From assembly GCA_046563655.1 (NCBI GenBank), contig CM102286.1:1-64000 (forward strand): a stretch of DNA of 64,000 bases. Direction: 5' to 3'. The translations under genes and the position numbers were made by a program. This document shows positions 58,825-64,000 of the stretch, in pieces; the stretch's first letter is position 1; each line of letters starts with the position of its first letter. The notes below the pieces were generated by a model, which was not told the origin of the DNA, ran no database searches, and saw only the letters and a program-made list of their open reading frames with translations. This stretch comes from Yuukianura sp. NJ FZ-2021. Taxonomy: Eukaryota.

Positions 58825-60326
58825 TCTCCTTTCAACCAAATAAACAAAGTCTTTTATTCTAACTTTTCTTTCAATTTCTTTTCTATTTTTATAAACTTGG
58901 TCCAGAGTTCTACAAAGAACAAAATCTTTCTTGTACGATCCGTCTAGATTTAAAAAGTAGACAAATGGAATGATTCAACCCATTTCCCATTGAAAACTTT
59001 CACAGACTAGAATTATTTTTGATCCTCTTCACCTTTGAGCATGCAAAAGCTAAATATTTTAAGGGGGTTGTCTACAATTTCTTTTGGAGATTGAGGTCAA
59101 TTTGAATTTTGAAGTTACATTTTGCGTTTTTGAGTGAATTTCCAAAGGACAGTTGAACTTTTGGAGGAAAACGGAAACCACAGGAACATCCGCACTAATT
59201 CGTTGTGTTCCAAATGCCCTGACTTTGGTTTCACAATTTCCAGTCTCCAAGTGCACCATTTCCAGTCGGAATGCCAAACCACTTTGATCTGTACCTGCTC
59301 TTGGTCATGTTGACCTTTGGACTGTCTCAGGTCACTCCCAAGTCACACCAACCTAATTCCAAGGTCCACTTCCCAAACGCAGGTCAGAACACAGAATTCT
59401 ACCCCCATAATTGCAACACTTTGGCTTAATTTCAAATTGTGTGAAGTTCCTATTTTTTGCAGGTTCTCCGACGTTTCCATCTGCAGAGGAGAGGCCAATC
59501 ACTTTTCCTAAATCCTCAAACGACCTTGGGCGAGATGTGGTGGGTTCGAGTGGGAAGGAGGCAGAAGACTTCCTGCGGTGGGCCCAGAAGAATCCAAAAC
59601 GGAAGATGGTGGGTTCGGGTGGAGTTTTACTCAAAGCAGCGCCCCCTCCCAGTTCTTCTGTGGATGTTGATATAAGTGACCAGTGTTTGACCTGCGGGAG
59701 CCATTTGACATGCAAACATGGCGAGAGGAGATCCAACGGAAAGTGCGTCCCTACTGTGTCCATTCCTTGAAAGTCACAATAAAACCATTTGAATGGAACA
59801 GTCTTTTCATTCCTTGTCCACAAGATTATGATTTTGGGGTGAGTGGCGTCTTGAGGAAATGACGCTTTGCTTTTAGTTACTTCCTCCATTGTGTGAGATT
59901 GATGGTAAACGGATTAAGGCAATTGCCTCATTTAGCCACCCTCCATAAATTCCACTTAACTTTGTAGACAAAAGTGGGGCTGGAAGTGGGGCTCAACGTC
60001 AGTCGTCCACAAACAACCTCCGAAAGTCAGTCTCAAAACTTCCTTGCACTAAAACAGTAAGTGTCGCCTTAAATCTGCTCAGGATCTCTGCTTCTGCGTT
60101 GCTTTACATTTCGTCGCTGTCTTTTTCTGAATTAAGTTAGACATTGTGTGGTGGTGGTCAAGAGCAGCGATTGTTGGATCGGTGGGCAGAAATGCTTAAA
60201 CTATTTGAGCTCATTCTCCAGCTCCACTAAAGTTCTTATCCAGGAACTTCCTTGGAATTCACCCGCGTCACTCTTGACGTTTCCTCCACCTAAAACAGGC
60301 CTCTGGACCTCATTTTGGAAGTGAAA

Positions 60327-63111
60327 ATGGGCTGGGGCGACCGACTTCTGTACAACAAGGACTTGATCGTGACGATCTTTGTGCCGATCCTCCTGCTGCC
60401 GATCCTCTTCATCCCCGACAACGACATTGTGGATGCGACGGGGAAACCTTCGACCGTAAGCACAATTCCCTCCTCAAGTGCGTCATTTCCTAATTGATTG
60501 GTCCATTATTCCAGAAGTTCGAGTGCACTTATGTGATTGTGTTGATGGGAATCTACTGGATGAGCGAAGCAGTTCCGCTCGCCATCACGTCACTCCTCCC
60601 CGTCGTCCTCCTTCCTCTCCTCGGAGTGGCAGACACTGGTAACAATCACAACTTAACTAACAAATAACTGGAAATGTTATAGTTTTAGCACAACTTCAAA
60701 ACTAAAAAATGGGTGTAAATGTTTGTTTTTAGGTGCGGTGTCTGAGGCGTACATGTCTGAGACAAACATGATGTTCGTTGGATCCCTCATCATTGCCCTG
60801 GCCATGGAGTACTCCAACCTCCACAGAAGAATCGCCCTCAGAGTCATGTCTGTCATCGGGGGGTCACCCACCAGGTCAACCACAATTCCAAAATCAACTT
60901 TGAGCAAACTTTTTAGTTCTTTTCCCTAATTCGTATTTTTGTTTAGGAACATCCTGAGCATCATGCTCACAACAATGTTTCTGTCCATGTGGATGACCAA
61001 CACAGCAACGGTACAACTACGTCCTACATCTAATACTAACAAATTGTATTTTTTGTATTTCTGTAATGTGGAAGTTTGTGGGCGGGAAAGAAATTAATTC
61101 CCTGACTTTAAGCCTTTCTTTTCAAACCAAAAGACGTTTAATTTGGTTAAAATCCACTTAATTTGTATTTTAGGCTGCCATGATGCTTCCGATTGTGGTT
61201 GCAGTTCTGGATGAGCTGGGTGAAGTAAGAAGACATTTCAGGAATAAAGTCTAGTCAGTTGTTTGATTGCTGCTTTGAATTGCAGACGGAGTTGCTGCAG
61301 GCGCAGCGCGTGAGTCACGTGTCTGTCCACTCCTACCGCCGTCGTGACTCCATCATCGGCAACCCTGGACTGCGCAGTGGCAAGGAAGAAGACGAAGAAT
61401 TTCACCCGCCGCAGAGCGATCCACTCGAGTGAGCCAACTTTTAGCGTACTTAAACACATCACTTTTTAAATTGTGTTTGGATATTGCAGGGCTCAAGTGG
61501 ACGAGGAGTTTGAGAAGAGGCGTCTGCGTCAGAAGAAGATGTACTTGTTCGCAGTGGCTTATGCTACGAACATCGGCGGAACAGGAGTCATCACTGGCTC
61601 AGGATCAAACCTCGCCTTCCAAGGACTCATCAAAAAGTAAAACTCCCTAAAATCCTTCAGTGTTCATCTAAAGTGACTTTGGATTTGTTTTAGAGTGGAA
61701 ATGGCGCAGGGGGGCAAGTTGAACCTCAACTTCACGACGTGGATGGCTCTGAACGTGCCGATTATGCTGGTGAACATCGCAGTGGCCTACTTCTACCTCA
61801 CCGGCATCTTCTTTGGGCCGCCGAACTGGCTGCGCATTGGGCGATCCAGGAAGTCAGCGGAGGAGATGCTGAAGGAGAAGAGGAGTGAGGCTGCCGTGTC
61901 GCGCATGCTCCAGGAACAACACGCTGCTCTGGGCAGAATGACTTTCCACGAAATGGCCACAGCCATTCTCTTCACTCTGGCTGTCCTCCTCTGGTTCAGC
62001 AGAGACCCTGGATTCATGACGGGGTGGAAGGGACTCATCCAGATCGAAGCCAAGGACTCCACTGCTGCCATTTTGGTCGTCTTCCTCCTCTTCCTCATCC
62101 CCAGGGATCTCGACGTTCTCTTCGGAGGTTCATTCTCAAAATTACACTTTGGAAAAAGGATTCTGACTAAAAACTTTCTTACTCAAAATAAACTTGTGTT
62201 CATTTTAGAAATGCCACCAAAAAACCCGGGTGCTTTGTTGGACTGGAAGCATGTCCAGAAGAACTTACCGTGGAGTGCCGTTTTATTGCTTGGTAGGAAC
62301 ATCAAAAAAAGTGTATTTCCTCGAATATAAGACGCGTCTTATCTCCGAAATTTCGACAAAAATTTTGAAAAAGAAATTCACTTTCAAAATAGGAACCCTG
62401 ACGGAAAAAGAATGTTTTTAACTTTAAACTTTAGGCTTTCGTCCATTATTAGAGTATTTTTGAGAATTTCTGGGTGCGTCTTATACGCAAATGCGTCTTA
62501 TAGGCGAGGAAATGGAATAGTTTACATATTTTTCAGTTTTGTTTTTAATTTATTTTGTGATTTAGGTGGTGGGTTTGCGTTGTCGGATGCTGCCGAGGCG
62601 TCTGGTTTGTCTGACTGGATTGGAGAGCAGTTGAATGTGCTGCAGCCTCTGCCGCCCTGGTGCATTCTGCTAGTCGTCATGGTCGTCACCACCATCATCA
62701 CAGAAGTCACTTCCAACGTCGCCACGGCCAACATCCTCGTCCCCATCCTCATCAGCCTCGTAAGATCAAATACTGCGCACTACTTTCACTTCTAAATCCA
62801 AGTTTTCATTTAATTTGTGGTTGAACTAGTCGAGGAAATTAAACTTGCACCCACTCTACCTGTCCATTGCGTGCACCGTCACTTGTTCCTACGCCTTCAT
62901 GTTCCCTGTCGCCAGTCCACCCAACGCCATCGTCTTCTCAGCCGGTGACCTCACGATCATGGACATGGTCAAGACTGGAGCATTTCTCAAAGTGCTCTGC
63001 ATGGCAGTCTTCTTCATCCTCAACATCACGTATGGAAATGCTGTCTTCAATTACGACAACTACGTCTACCCAAACACAACCACAACTACACCACCACCCA
63101 TCTTAGCCTAA
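60327..63111 (+). CDS. SLC13 / DASS Na+-dicarboxylate/citrate cotransporter (Indy-like)
   Basis: YWMSEAVPLAITSLLP; EYSNLHRRIAL; FLSMWMTNTAT; AYATNIGGTGVITGSGSNL; LPWSAVLLLG|GGFALS; TEVTSNVATANI; SYAFMFPVASPPNAIV. Confidence 0.93.
62313..62515. mobile_element. Small pogo/Tc-mariner-type MITE relic in an SLC13 intron
   Basis: GTATTTCCTCGAATATAAGACGC ... GCGTCTTATAGGCGAGGAAAT inverted termini. TSD unclear. Confidence 0.55.
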
Positions 63112-63274
63112 CCTTGTTTGTCAGTAGTTAAAGTAATAAAAACTAATAAATCCTTTTGGAGCAAATAGTACAACTGTAGCAAGGACGAAAGTTCATACTC
63201 GCTAAAACGTATTTCCAACGTTCATCCATATTTTTGCTGTATTTATGCAAAAAAATTAAAAATTATAAATGAAA

Positions 63275-63347
63275 TACCCCAGGCAGGACTTGAACCTGCA
63301 ATCTTCGGTTTAGGAGACCGACGCCTTATCCATTAGGCCACGGGGGC
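63275..63347 (-). tRNA. tRNA-Arg (anticodon CCT)
   Basis: GCCCCCGTGGCCTAATGGATAAGGCGTCGGTCTCCTAAACCGAAGATTGCAGGTTCAAGTCCTGCCTGGGGTA folds as a 73-nt cloverleaf, with a T-rich tract downstream. Confidence 0.95.
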
Positions 63348-64000
63348 TTCAAGTAAGCGTCCTGGGTGAAGAATTCCGTTTTGTTGTTTATTCCCAAACC
63401 GGCTTTTTTGTTGTTGGTCAGATGTCGGCAGAAATCACTCAGTTGTTTGTTAAAAATTATTAAATGACGTGCACACTTTATATTTTACTAATATAATTGG
63501 CATAAGTTTGTTAGTATTAATTATTATTATCATTAGTAATAAAAAACTAATTATTAAAGAATTAGTTTAAGAAATTATTATTTTGTAAGAATAATACATA
63601 ATACTAGATTATTGTGTAATACTAATTACCTATTCATCTTACTGCCTATCCATATTTATGAACACGAGCCTGCGAAATCAAATGACACTAAGCCTTGTGA
63701 CCTTTTTTTTTTTCGTAGTTTTTCCTTTTTTTACTAAAAATTAGCAATACGCGACGTTTCCTCTGTTGCCTTTTAAATTAGCTAAAATTTTTAAATTCTT
63801 AAAATACTCGATTTGGGAACGGTTTTAATTTTTTTTATAGGTAGAAGGTTAATAATTGTGATTGTTCGGAAATATTTGGAACTGGATCGTTTTTTATCAG
63901 GTTCTTTCTATGTGTAGTCTTTAGTGCAACAAAATTTCAGCATAAGTTCATGTTATAATAAGCGTTGGTTTTTTTTTAAATTTTAATTCACATTTAATTA

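Noticed and set aside
59353..59889. ORFs with a Cys/His cluster (CLTCGSHLTCKH) upstream of the SLC13 gene
   Set aside because: No family recognised and no convincing start or exon chain.

Overview
This is a eukaryotic, almost certainly arthropod, chromosome end. It opens with a (CCTAA)n = (TTAGG)n telomere and a 46-bp subtelomeric satellite, followed by a dense run of genes with short introns. Apparently intact genes: NRDE2, RAD51C-like, maelstrom, Max, KIF16B/Klp98A, CDK14/Eip63E, an SLC13/Indy transporter, an unknown membrane protein and tRNA-Arg(CCT). Cut by 100-N gaps: CTDNEP1 and an l(3)mbt-like gene. Broken or partial: TFIIE-beta, USP22/nonstop, DMAP1 5' part, a MECR/p47-UBX chimera, an FAD monooxygenase 5' part and an I78-type protease inhibitor disrupted by a MITE. 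The most unusual feature is a dispersed, modular promoter-like cassette family: a ~1 kb upstream module U, TATA/Inr modules A and B, and a ~110-130 bp palindrome C whose arms co-vary. At ~41.4-43.1, 44.4-46.1 and 54.9-56.4 kb it forms convergent A-> <-B arrangements (B lacks its TATA in the first), each followed by the 5' end of a different gene. The same B/C modules sit where promoters of maelstrom/RAD51C and the l(3)mbt-like gene would be expected. Also present are a 3.9-kb AGTAGT-terminated TIR element filled with two satellites and a hAT-like element carrying a Helitron helicase relic. All gene identities come from recognising motifs by eye; no searches were run.
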